NCBI GenBank assembly: GCA_035344095.1
Contig: DAORAG010000001.1
Coordinates: 1-38,203 of the forward strand
Reading direction: 5' to 3'
From: Cyclobacteriaceae bacterium
GTDB lineage: Bacteria > Bacteroidota > Bacteroidia > Cytophagales > Cyclobacteriaceae
DNA length: 38,203 nt
Both the position numbers and the translations under genes were made by a program. The notes beneath the pieces are model-generated. The model was not told the DNA's origin. It saw only the letters and a list, made by a program, of their open reading frames with translations, and did no database searches. Positions 9,421 through 18,464 of the stretch are shown one piece after another (position 1 is the first letter of the stretch; the number at the start of each line of letters is the position of its first letter).

Positions 9421-10464
9421 TTAGTTGTACTTCACATAATTCTCCCACTTCTCTATCACCATTTTAAAATCTTCAGGCAGGTCTGAGTCAAAGCTCATAT
9501 TCTCTTTCGTAATCGGGTGAATGAATCCCAACGTTTTTGCGTGAAGTGCCTGGCGTGGAATGATCTTAAAACAGTTGTCTACAAATTGCTTGTATTTTGA
9601 AAAGGTGGTTCCCTTTACGATTTCACTTCCACCGTAGGTGTTGTCGTTGAACAATGGATGGCCAAGGTATTTCATGTGTGCCCGTATCTGATGGGTTCGG
9701 CCAGTTTCAAGTTTACATTCCACAAGGCTTACATACCGCAGCGTCTTAAGTGTTTTGTAATGGGTAATTGCTGTTCGGCCAAAATCGCCATCAGGAAAGG
9801 CAACGGTGAGTCGCCTGTCTTTCAAGCTTCTTCCAACGTTGACATTGATGGTCCCACTCACTGGTTCAGGCTCACCCCAAACCAACGCCCAATAAGTTCG
9901 TTCGATGGTGTGATTAAAAAATTGTTTGGCTAGGCCCGTTAGGGCAGCCTCGGTTTTTCCTATCACAAGTAAGCCTGAGGTGTCCTTGTCGATTCGATGA
10001 ACGAGTCCGGGACGGCCATCATTCCCTGGCATCTGCGGAAGGTTTTGAAAGTGATAGGCCAGCGCATTTACCAATGTGCCACTCCAATTTTGAAATGCCG
10101 GATGGACAACCATGCCAGCTGGTTTATTTACCAGCAATAGGTGATCATCCTCGAAAACAATATTCAAAGGAATATTTTCCGGCTTCACATCCGTATCTCT
10201 GGGGGGCTCAGGTAAAGAAACCGTGATTACATCATGAGGATGTACTTTATAGTTGGGTTTAATCACGTTGTCGTTAACTTTTACAAACCCTTCGTGGATA
10301 CCTGCCTGTAATTTTGTGCGGGTGACATTGGGAAGCCGCGCATTGAGAAATTTATCAATTCTGATCAGACTTTGCTTTGGGTCGGCAACAATGCGATAAT
10401 GCTCAAACAACTCATCATCCGAGTCATTTATTTCCTCTCCTTCTCCTTGATTTTCCTTTACCAT
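9421..10464 (-). CDS. rluD: RluA/RluD-family pseudouridine synthase with S4 domain
   Basis: RIDKFL S4 start, NKPAGMVVHP, catalytic HRIDKDTSG, LETGRTHQIR and QALHA. Start ATG 10464. Confidence 0.93.
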   Translation of the reverse strand: MVKENQGEGEEINDSDDELFEHYRIVADPKQSLIRIDKFLNARLPNVTRTKLQAGIHEGFVKVNDNVIKPNYKVHPHDVITVSLPEPPRDTDVKPENIPLNIVFEDDHLLLVNKPAGMVVHPAFQNWSGTLVNALAYHFQNLPQMPGNDGRPGLVHRIDKDTSGLLVIGKTEAALTGLAKQFFNHTIERTYWALVWGEPEPVSGTINVNVGRSLKDRRLTVAFPDGDFGRTAITHYKTLKTLRYVSLVECKLETGRTHQIRAHMKYLGHPLFNDNTYGGSEIVKGTTFSKYKQFVDNCFKIIPRQALHAKTLGFIHPITKENMSFDSDLPEDFKMVIEKWENYVKYN

Positions 10465-10470
10465 GAGGAT

Positions 10471-10478
10471 CAAAATTA
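10471..10478 (-). promoter_or_regulatory. -7 promoter element for rluD
   Basis: TAATTTTG, 6 nt before ATG 10464. Confidence 0.65.
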
Positions 10479-10533
10479 ACAACTATCAGCCAGAGGTTAC
10501 CGATTATAAATCAGCTAAGATTTTAAAACACAC

Positions 10534-10541
10534 TACTTTTG
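10534..10541 (+). promoter_or_regulatory. -7 promoter element for the lipoprotein gene
   Basis: TACTTTTG matches TAnnTTTG, 27 nt upstream of GTG 10569. Confidence 0.6.
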
Positions 10542-10568
10542 TGTTGTTAACCAAGTAATCGAATAAAA

Positions 10569-11447
10569 GTGCAACGACAATATTTGACACTGTTGACCTT
10601 CGTTTTGATCGTCTTTTCATGTAAGACGACAAAAAAAGATGATTCTGATCTCTTTGCTGAAGGCATGGCCCAAGGGAAAGTGAGCAGCAAACTTGAAGAG
10701 GCATCTGGCCTTGTATCCAGCGTACTTAATTCAGGCCATTTGTGGGTAATCAATGACAGCGGTAACAAGGCAGAAGTCTATTTGATTAATGGAAAGGCGG
10801 ACGTGGTGTTGACTTGTCAACTTGAGAACATCAAGAACAGAGACTGGGAGGATATTGCTATTGGCAAGCGTCCAGGCTCGGATGACCCATTTGTGTATGT
10901 AGGTGAAGTAGGAGATAATGAAGCCAAATATGAATTTAAATACCTCTATCGGTTTGCAGAACCTATTCTCAATGAGGACAAGAAAATATCGATTGAATAT
11001 GTTGAAACTATGGTTGTTTCACTTCCGGATGGACCGCGGGATATGGAGGCCATCGCCATCGATCAACGGACAGGAGACTTATATCTCGTTTCTAAAAGAG
11101 AAGAGAACGTATCTGTCTATACGGTGCCGTTCAACAAGCTAAATGACGGAGATACCCTTGTACCAGAAAAACTATTAACACTACCCTATCACAACGTGGT
11201 GGCAGCGGACTTGTCATTTGACGGAAAGGAGATACTCATAAAAACTTATGATGAGATCTATTATTGGAATACCGGAGACTCACTGAGCATTGCGCAAAGC
11301 ATCCAACTTCCAGCAATAACTTTAGATTATTCAGGCGAACCTCAAGGTGAATCAATTGCCTGGGCGCTCAATGGCAAAGGGTTTTATACACTCAGCGAAA
11401 GTGTAGATGGTCAAGCCGCAAAACTTTATTACTACAAAAGAAATTAG
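10569..11447 (+). CDS. Lipoprotein with a probable beta-propeller (EASG/NDSG/DWED/GDN family)
   Basis: Lipobox IVFS-C; repeated acidic blade motifs EASGL, NDSG, DWEDIA, GEVGDN, DMEAI and QGESI. Confidence 0.8.
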   Translation: MQRQYLTLLTFVLIVFSCKTTKKDDSDLFAEGMAQGKVSSKLEEASGLVSSVLNSGHLWVINDSGNKAEVYLINGKADVVLTCQLENIKNRDWEDIAIGKRPGSDDPFVYVGEVGDNEAKYEFKYLYRFAEPILNEDKKISIEYVETMVVSLPDGPRDMEAIAIDQRTGDLYLVSKREENVSVYTVPFNKLNDGDTLVPEKLLTLPYHNVVAADLSFDGKEILIKTYDEIYYWNTGDSLSIAQSIQLPAITLDYSGEPQGESIAWALNGKGFYTLSESVDGQAAKLYYYKRN

Positions 11448-11995
11448 ATTAAAACCGGTCTTCTTCGGAGAATTTCTCTCACCTCTGGTGGGCCGGAGAA
11501 GTGATTGCCGATGAAGTCGTCAAGGATATCAAGGCTTTTTGCAGACAACAATTGCATGATTTCATCCTGAACCTCTCCACTTAGCGCATAGGGCAGATCG
11601 CCAACCAGCATTTCATTTCCATTGCAAAGACAATAGATAGAATATTCTGTGGCCTCATCTAACGATGAGTTCTTGATTGCGCAGTGGCTGATGGCATCTT
11701 CAATTGAGCTGTAATTGCGTCTTCCTTTAGGCACAGCAGCCATGTAGGCTTCAATTCTCTTGCGCGACTCTTCCGAAAGTTCGAGATGCATTTTGGTAGC
11801 GCAATGGACGCACATTGCATATTCGAAAATAACTTCGGTGATGTTGTGACTTGGGTGCTTTTTGAATGCCTTCTCAATTACATATTGGGTATCTTTCAAT
11901 TCACTGTTGCACATCAGGCAGACTGTAAACGGTTGTTGTGTTTCAGAATTGAAAAATGCCTGGTGAATGGGCTGAGAATCCGGTTTGTCCTGCAT
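11444..11995 (-). CDS. Hypothetical protein, putative Zn-binding
   Basis: CLMC and CVHC pairs plus additional Cys; start overlaps the prenyltransferase stop by 1 nt. Confidence 0.75.
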   Translation of the reverse strand: MQDKPDSQPIHQAFFNSETQQPFTVCLMCNSELKDTQYVIEKAFKKHPSHNITEVIFEYAMCVHCATKMHLELSEESRKRIEAYMAAVPKGRRNYSSIEDAISHCAIKNSSLDEATEYSIYCLCNGNEMLVGDLPYALSGEVQDEIMQLLSAKSLDILDDFIGNHFSGPPEVREILRRRPVLI

Positions 11996-12960
11996 CAGGA
12001 GATACGATCAATAAGTTGCAAAGTAAACTCGTAAAGAGGGCTCTTTCTGTGTTCAGCTACTTTGATTTTTTTCAATTGTGAGAACCCACGGGCAAAATAA
12101 AAATTGATTTTCTCTTCCGTGCTGTTGCTTATACCAAGTCTGTCATAGATTGCAGTTACTGCTTTTACTTTTTCGGCACTTCTGCCGTTGGTTGACAACC
12201 AGCGGTTGAGTTCACTTTTATCTTTACCCTTTGCTTTGGCCAGAGCGGTGATGAGCAAGTAAGTTTTTTTATTTGATAAGATATCACCGCCCACCTGTTT
12301 CCCAAACTTTTCGTTGTCGCCATACACATCTAGCCAGTCGTCTTTTAATTGAAATCCGATGCCGATATCGATGCCAAAATTTCTAAGTGCCTTCTGGTCA
12401 TTCGCGGAAGCCTTGGCCAGCATAGCACCAAATTCAAGACTAAAGCCTAGCAGAACAGCTGTTTTCTGCCGGATCATTTGTATGTAGTCTTTTTCTGTGA
12501 CTGTGTTCATTGTTTCGAACTCCATGTCCCACTGTTGTCCTTCGCAAACTTCTGCTGCGCAGGCGTTGAATTTTGAGATAACCGATTTCAAAGTTCCCGG
12601 ACTTGACTTCAGGAGTTGATCATAAACTTTGACCAGCATCACATCTCCTGATAGAATAGCAGTGTTCACATTCCATTTTTCGTGGACGGTCTCCTTTCCT
12701 CTCCGGAGCGGAGCCTGGTCCATGATATCATCGTGAAGAAGTGTGAAATTATGAAAGGCCTCAATTGCTGTTGCCAGCGGCACGATCTTTTTGACATCTT
12801 TCTTATACAAGCTATATGCCAACATGACCAGCAGCGGCCTAAGTCGCTTGCCCCCTAATGACATGATATACGTTATCGGATCGTAAAGTGAAGCGGGGGC
12901 CTTACCGTATTTCTGTTTACGAATTTCTGATTCTATCCAACTAAGATATTGTGAAGTCAT
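11995..12960 (-). CDS. Polyprenyl diphosphate synthase (IspA/GGPPS-like)
   Basis: GGKRLRP, first Asp-rich motif HDDIMD with RRG, GQQWDM, KTA and second Asp-rich motif FQLKDDWLD. Confidence 0.95.
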   Translation of the reverse strand: MTSQYLSWIESEIRKQKYGKAPASLYDPITYIMSLGGKRLRPLLVMLAYSLYKKDVKKIVPLATAIEAFHNFTLLHDDIMDQAPLRRGKETVHEKWNVNTAILSGDVMLVKVYDQLLKSSPGTLKSVISKFNACAAEVCEGQQWDMEFETMNTVTEKDYIQMIRQKTAVLLGFSLEFGAMLAKASANDQKALRNFGIDIGIGFQLKDDWLDVYGDNEKFGKQVGGDILSNKKTYLLITALAKAKGKDKSELNRWLSTNGRSAEKVKAVTAIYDRLGISNSTEEKINFYFARGFSQLKKIKVAEHRKSPLYEFTLQLIDRIS

Positions 12961-12976
12961 TCTAGTTAAAGCCAGA

Positions 12977-15124
12977 TTAGTTTTCGAATGCCAGGTCAAT
13001 CAAACGCCTGTCGACATCGGTCTTTTTGATTCTAACCGCCACTTCGTCTCCAAGACGATAAATCTTTTTTCTTCTCCTGCCGATGATTCTGAAGTTGCGC
13101 TCATCAAATTCGTAATAGTCATCTTTGAGATCAGCCAGACGAACCATTCCTTCGCATTTGGTTTCTATTATTTCCACAAACACTCCAAAATCCGTTACCC
13201 CTGTAATGATTCCATTGTAAACTTTGTCCGCTGCCATGCTCATGAACTCTACCTGTTTGTATTTGATTGACGCTCTTTCGGCATCGGCAGCGCGCTTTTC
13301 TCTTTCGGAAGAGTGAATACATTTTTCTTCGTAGTCTTTTTTGTTGACCGACTTGCCACCATCGAGATAATGCTGAAGCAGACGATGAACCATCATATCA
13401 GGATAGCGCCTGATAGGAGACGTGAAGTGAGTATAGTGTTGGAAAGCTAAGCCGAAGTGACCTTTGGCATCGGTAGTATATTTTGCTTTTGCCATAGCAC
13501 GTACAGCAAGTTGTTGAAGTACGTTCTGCTCAGGCTTTCCTTCTATTTCATCCATCAATTTGTTGAGTGATCGGGATATGGCCGATTCTTCGATATTGAT
13601 TTTGTGACCAAATTGTTTGGCAAATTGTGCAAAGTCGACCACTTTATCCGGATCAGGATGGTCATGCGTCCGATAAACAAAAGTGTTTTTCTCTTCGCCT
13701 TTTCTCATCCGGAAGACGTAGGTAGCGACCGTCCGATTGGCTAGCAACATAAACTCTTCAATGAGCTTGTGCGCATCCTTACGGATCTTGGGGACCACCT
13801 CGAGCGGCTTTCCTTTCGCATCAAGCTTGAATTTCACTTCCGCAGTTTCAAAATTTACAGCTCCCTGTGCGAAACGATTTTTGCGCAAGTTTTTGGCAAT
13901 CGCATTGAGCAATTTCAATTCAGATGCCAGCTTACCTTCGCCACTTTCCAGTAGTTGCTGAGCCTCTTCATAGGTAAAGCGCTTGTCGGAATGAATGATA
14001 GTCCTGCCGAACCATTCCTTGTAAACCTTACCCTTCTCATCTATTTCAAAAACTGCGGAAAAGGTAAGTTTATCTTCATTTGGCCGCAGTGAGCACAATT
14101 GATTGGAGAGACGCTCGGGCAACATCGGCACCGTGCGATCAACCAGATATACAGACGTGGCGCGATCGTATGCATCTTTATCCAAAGTTGTATCGGGTGT
14201 GACATAATGCGTAACATCAGCGATGTGTACTCCAACTTCAAGGTGGCCGTTATCTAGTTTGTTGAAAGAAATTGCATCATCGAAGTCCTTTGCGTCTTCA
14301 GGGTCGATGGTGAAGGTGAGCACCTCACGAAAATCACGTCTCTTTTTTATTTCTTCTTTCGAAATTTCTTCTTTGATACTTTCTGACTCTTTTAGCACCT
14401 CCGGATCAAAGCGGAATGGCAGATCAAATTCTGCCATGATGGAGTGAATTTCAGCCTCGTTCTCACCTGTCTTCCCCAAAATCTCTATCACCTTGGCTTC
14501 CGGGTTGCGATCCGGAGTTGCCCATCGGGTTACTTCAAAGACAACTTTGTCATTCGTTTTGGCTCCGTTAAGCTCATTGGCATAGACGAAGAAATCCGTG
14601 TAGATTTTTTTGAAGTCGGGGATAATGAAGGAGAAGTTGTGCGATGCTTCAACGCGACCCACAAACCGGGTCCGATTGCGCTGAACCACTTTTGTGACCT
14701 TTCCTTCAGGGCTTGACCCCTTGCGCGAAGAAAAAATACTTACCTCCACGGTATCGCCATGCACAGCGGAACCCAGGTCCCGCGTCTTTACATAGATGTC
14801 AGGCTCGCCATTGCCCACCACGATATAGGCAAATCGGGGATTAACATGGTCAACTTTTCCTACGTTCCCCGAAGCCTCTTTAGTGCTTTTGTACAGACCG
14901 CTGTTTAGCTGTTGCAGTTTGCCAGCCTCCTCCAATTGGTCCAGGATGTCATAGAGGTCGGAGATCAAAGCCTTTTTTTTAAGCCCGAGTTTTTTGATCA
15001 GTTGCTTCAGGCTGTAGGCTTTGTCGACATCTTGATCTAGCAAAGACAAAACATTTGAGTGTACAGACCCTCGCTCTTTCTTGTCCTTTTTTTCCTTTAC
15101 CTTTTTGAATTTCTTTTTGCTCAT
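12977..15124 (-). CDS. rnr: Ribonuclease R
   Basis: TIDPEDAKDFDDA, HIADV, IEEFMLLAN and HFTSPIRRYPD motifs, with a C-terminal S1 domain. Confidence 0.97.
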   Translation of the reverse strand: MSKKKFKKVKEKKDKKERGSVHSNVLSLLDQDVDKAYSLKQLIKKLGLKKKALISDLYDILDQLEEAGKLQQLNSGLYKSTKEASGNVGKVDHVNPRFAYIVVGNGEPDIYVKTRDLGSAVHGDTVEVSIFSSRKGSSPEGKVTKVVQRNRTRFVGRVEASHNFSFIIPDFKKIYTDFFVYANELNGAKTNDKVVFEVTRWATPDRNPEAKVIEILGKTGENEAEIHSIMAEFDLPFRFDPEVLKESESIKEEISKEEIKKRRDFREVLTFTIDPEDAKDFDDAISFNKLDNGHLEVGVHIADVTHYVTPDTTLDKDAYDRATSVYLVDRTVPMLPERLSNQLCSLRPNEDKLTFSAVFEIDEKGKVYKEWFGRTIIHSDKRFTYEEAQQLLESGEGKLASELKLLNAIAKNLRKNRFAQGAVNFETAEVKFKLDAKGKPLEVVPKIRKDAHKLIEEFMLLANRTVATYVFRMRKGEEKNTFVYRTHDHPDPDKVVDFAQFAKQFGHKINIEESAISRSLNKLMDEIEGKPEQNVLQQLAVRAMAKAKYTTDAKGHFGLAFQHYTHFTSPIRRYPDMMVHRLLQHYLDGGKSVNKKDYEEKCIHSSEREKRAADAERASIKYKQVEFMSMAADKVYNGIITGVTDFGVFVEIIETKCEGMVRLADLKDDYYEFDERNFRIIGRRRKKIYRLGDEVAVRIKKTDVDRRLIDLAFEN

Positions 15125-15837
15125 AGGGCTTGTACTATACGATGTTGAGGAATAAGAGGCAAGCCTTTCATCCGCAAAAATAACTGAGCTACGGTGACAA
15201 CATCACCTATGCAATACGTTGAGATTTTATCCAGGTCTTTCTCTTTATAATACACTTCGCTTACCTGGCTACCGTCCATTACGCCCTTGCTGCTGGGAAG
15301 ATTAAATATTGCGGCCAACAAGTCGAGTGAGGTGTAGTGTTTGAAATCCCCGAACTTCCACATCTCCATGGTATCCAGATGTGGTATTTCCCAGGGTTTT
15401 TTTCCACTTTGGTTAAGGGTCTCCGGCAGTGAGATGTCATTGACCAGCATTCTGCGGCTGATGTATGGAAAATCAAACTCTTTGCCGTTGTGTGCACAGA
15501 GTCTTGTATTAGGACCAAGTTTCTCCATTAATGATTTGAAGTCGATGAGGAGTTGTCGTTCATCATGTGAAGAAAAATATTTTGTTCTAAGGCCAAGGTC
15601 TCCGTTGTCACCTTCGGTAAACATGCCAATGCCGATGGTAACGATTTTTCCAAACTCTGCATAGATACCAGCTCTTAATTCAAACAAATCTTCATCTGTC
15701 TGGTTTTCTTCCCTTCTGAAAAAATTGGCTTTCCGAGCCCATTGTACCTTCAATCTCTCATCGAGTTTCTGATAAGATTCAGAAACAGCTACCGTTTCTA
15801 TGTCGAGAAACAGGATATCCTTCAGTTCTGAGTTCAT
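15121..15837 (-). CDS. PolB-like DEDD 3'-5' exonuclease
   Basis: FLDIET, HNGKEFDFPYI and YCIGDV motifs; 4-nt overlap with rnr. Confidence 0.9.
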   Translation of the reverse strand: MNSELKDILFLDIETVAVSESYQKLDERLKVQWARKANFFRREENQTDEDLFELRAGIYAEFGKIVTIGIGMFTEGDNGDLGLRTKYFSSHDERQLLIDFKSLMEKLGPNTRLCAHNGKEFDFPYISRRMLVNDISLPETLNQSGKKPWEIPHLDTMEMWKFGDFKHYTSLDLLAAIFNLPSSKGVMDGSQVSEVYYKEKDLDKISTYCIGDVVTVAQLFLRMKGLPLIPQHRIVQAL

Positions 15838-15897
15838 CGTGGTAAGTTAGCGGAATAAGGCCCCAACCCCATAGGGCCTTCTGAAATTATAATACTT

Positions 15898-15905
15898 TAT
15901 TTTTG
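15898..15905 (+). promoter_or_regulatory. -7 promoter element for lysR
   Basis: TATTTTTG, 8 nt before ATG 15914. Confidence 0.6.
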
Positions 15906-15913
15906 CTTTAGGG

Positions 15914-16822
15914 ATGTTGTCTTTTAAACACAAGGTATTTTTTGAGGTCGCTCGCCAGCTAAGTTTTACCAAAGCGAGCCAGGTACTTTTTATTAGCCAG
16001 CCTGCTATTAGCAAACACATCCGTCAACTTGAAGAAGACTACAAAACAAGTTTGTTTGAGCGAAAGGGCAGCAGCGTAAGTTTGACTGAAGAGGGCACGA
16101 TCCTATATCAATTCATTATGCGGGGCATTGATATGGAGCGTGAATTGGAAGTTGAACTTAATTCGTTTAGAGATCCACTTAATGTAAAGGGTGAACTTAA
16201 GCTTGGGGCAAGCACCACGATAGCACTCTATATCGTTCCACCTGTTCTATCTGGTTTTAGAAAGAAGTATTCAGAAGTTAAGATAAGCCTTTATAACCGG
16301 AACAGTGAAAGCGTGCTAAACGCACTCCTGACCCGCGAAATCGATCTTGGAATAGTGGAGGGGCGGAACAAAATAGGCCAGGTAAAGAGCGAGCATTTTT
16401 TGACAGATGAGGTAGTGCCGGTTTGTTCGGCACGAAGCGACCTTGCGAAGCGTCCCAAGATCCAAATAGCTGAATTAAAAAAGATACCAATAGCTCTGCG
16501 GGAGCGAGGAAGCGGCACTTTGGCGGCTCTAAAACACGCATTAAGTGGAAAGGGGATCAAGCTCACCGAGCTTCTTATTACCATGAGGCTTGGCGGAACG
16601 GAGGCGCTAAAGAACTTTCTTCTTGCGGACGATAGTTTGGGCTTTCTTCCTGCGCGAGCGGTGGTTAAAGAACTGGCAGCCGGAGAGCTGGTCAGGGTTT
16701 TTGTTGAAGACCTGGCAATCACACGCCAATTTTATTTTGTGCAACGGCATGGCGATGAAAACAGAGGGCTCAACTCTTCCTTCATCAAATTTGCGAAATC
16801 TCATTATAACATTAAGTTATAG
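15914..16822 (+). CDS. LysR-type regulator, CysL/YeiE-like
   Basis: HTH SFTKAS..LFISQPAISKHIRQLE; effector-domain motifs GASTTIA, DLGIVEG, RERGSGT and TEALK typical of the CysL-like subgroup. Confidence 0.9.
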   Translation: MLSFKHKVFFEVARQLSFTKASQVLFISQPAISKHIRQLEEDYKTSLFERKGSSVSLTEEGTILYQFIMRGIDMERELEVELNSFRDPLNVKGELKLGASTTIALYIVPPVLSGFRKKYSEVKISLYNRNSESVLNALLTREIDLGIVEGRNKIGQVKSEHFLTDEVVPVCSARSDLAKRPKIQIAELKKIPIALRERGSGTLAALKHALSGKGIKLTELLITMRLGGTEALKNFLLADDSLGFLPARAVVKELAAGELVRVFVEDLAITRQFYFVQRHGDENRGLNSSFIKFAKSHYNIKL

Positions 16823-16871
16823 CAGATAAAGAAACGGTATTGGCCGGGGAATAATGCCTGATCTACCTTGG
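16805..16871 (+). promoter_or_regulatory. Tandem LysR boxes plus putative promoter for the thrC-like gene
   Basis: Perfect dyad TATAAC-N5-GTTATA at 16805-16821; second ATA-N9-TAT at 16826-16840; TTG at 16840-16842 and TACCTTGG at 16864-16871, 21 nt apart. Confidence 0.7.
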
Positions 16872-16895
16872 GACTTCAAATTTGAAAGTCGCTTT

Positions 16896-18068
16896 ATGGT
16901 AGTTAAGGAGAAAAAATCTCTGGTGTCTTTTTTGGCGTGCTCAGCCTGTAACAAAACTTATTCGGTAGATAAACTGCAAACTTTTGCTGACTGTGAGGAG
17001 TGTGGTAAGAGTCCCTTGCTGGCGCAGTATGAAGTGCTGGATGGAATCACCAAAACAGAAATTGTAGCGAACGAGAGGTCGATGTGGCGTTACCGGGAAA
17101 TGTTGCCCGTATTTGAGGATGAACACATTGTATCGCTTGGTGAAGGTTGGACGCCTGTATTGAAATTGAATCAATTGGCACAAAGCCTTGGACTTTCATT
17201 TTTACAAATGAAAGATGAATCACTAAACCCTACAGGGTCGTTCAAGGCCAGAGGCCTTAGCATGGCGGTGTCGAAGGCAAAAGAGCTTGGCGTTGAATGT
17301 TGCATTATACCAACGGCAGGCAATGCTGGCGGGGCTTTGAGTGCCTATTGCGCGAAAGCTGGAATGAAAGCTATAGTTGTAATGCCAAGCCATACGCCAG
17401 CATCTTTCAAAAAAGAATGTCAATATTTCGGTGCTGAGTTGATTGAGGTCGATGGGTTAATCAGTGACTGTGCAAAAAAAGTGGGTGAGTTGAAAGCCAC
17501 GGAGGATTGCTTCGACATCTCAACCATGAAGGAGCCGTACCGGCTGGAGGGCAAAAAAACGATGGGATATGAAATTGCGGAACAATTGAATTGGACATTG
17601 CCGGATGTTATTCTCTATCCTACCGGAGGAGGTACCGGGCTGATAGGTATGTGGAAGGCCTTTCACGAAATGAAAGAGTTAGGTTGGATTGATGGTAAAT
17701 TCCCTCGCATGGTTGCCGTCCAATCTTCGGTTTGTAATCCGATAGTCAGAACCTGGGAGGGGAGACAAATTGACAGCACAAAATATCGGGGTGAAGCGAC
17801 TTTTGCCAACGGCCTGGCTGTCCCTAATCCATTTGCTGAAAAGTTAATTATCCAGGTTTTACGAGAATCAGGAGGAACTGCCATTGATGTGAGCGATGAT
17901 GAAATTAAAATAGCCATGGGAGAAATCGCTAAAAAGGAGGGGTTGCTGATTTGTCCTGAGGGAGCGGCCCTGTTACCAGCTTTGAGAAGGCTATTAAAAA
18001 TGGGAACAATCAGGCATTCCGAAAGTGTGTTGCTGCTTAATACAGGCTCAGCCTACAAGTATTTATGA
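16896..18068 (+). CDS. Threonine synthase-like PLP enzyme (fold type II, N-terminal Zn ribbon)
   Basis: CxxC...CxxC, SLGEGWTP, NPTGSFKARG (PLP Lys), TAGNAGGA, EGKKTMGYE and PTGGGTG. ATG 16896 preferred because it lies downstream of the putative promoter. Confidence 0.88.
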   Translation: MVVKEKKSLVSFLACSACNKTYSVDKLQTFADCEECGKSPLLAQYEVLDGITKTEIVANERSMWRYREMLPVFEDEHIVSLGEGWTPVLKLNQLAQSLGLSFLQMKDESLNPTGSFKARGLSMAVSKAKELGVECCIIPTAGNAGGALSAYCAKAGMKAIVVMPSHTPASFKKECQYFGAELIEVDGLISDCAKKVGELKATEDCFDISTMKEPYRLEGKKTMGYEIAEQLNWTLPDVILYPTGGGTGLIGMWKAFHEMKELGWIDGKFPRMVAVQSSVCNPIVRTWEGRQIDSTKYRGEATFANGLAVPNPFAEKLIIQVLRESGGTAIDVSDDEIKIAMGEIAKKEGLLICPEGAALLPALRRLLKMGTIRHSESVLLLNTGSAYKYL

Positions 18069-18461
18069 GTGAAGTACGCCTTCTCTGTCCAGTTCCTTGA
18101 TGAACGTAAGATTATTTTCATGAATGGTGTCGGGCACGAAAACGAATCGCTTGTCATAAATTTCTCTTCCTACGTAGTAGCTTACCCAATACTCGTTGTT
18201 GAGATGAAAAACAGCAGGGTCGATTGGCTCGATCAATACGGACCCATTGGCTGGCACCGTTTCCAGAAAGTGGCGGAGAACTGAGGTCTTCTGCTTCTCT
18301 CCTTCTTTTTCGCCATACCCCTTGCTGGATACGAGGGTATTTTCAATCGGAAATTGATTCTTGTTGATCAGGTAGACTTTCCACGGGTTGTCTTCTGTCT
18401 CATCTTTTACTATCGCTACCGTTACATTCTTTACTTCCGGAAATTCAATATCATTAATCAT
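18063..18461 (-). CDS. Conserved Bacteroidota hypothetical protein
   Basis: 132 aa with WKVYLIN, SKGYG, TSVLRHF and LNNEYWVSY; last gene of the pgi/pmi-lipB operon. Confidence 0.8.
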   Translation of the reverse strand: MINDIEFPEVKNVTVAIVKDETEDNPWKVYLINKNQFPIENTLVSSKGYGEKEGEKQKTSVLRHFLETVPANGSVLIEPIDPAVFHLNNEYWVSYYVGREIYDKRFVFVPDTIHENNLTFIKELDREGVLHS

Positions 18462-18464
18462 TCA

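Noticed and set aside
15857-15880. Hairpin AAGGCCC-N10-GGGCCTT as a terminator
   Set aside because: It lies between divergent genes and has no U-tract. It could be an operator, but nothing further supports that.
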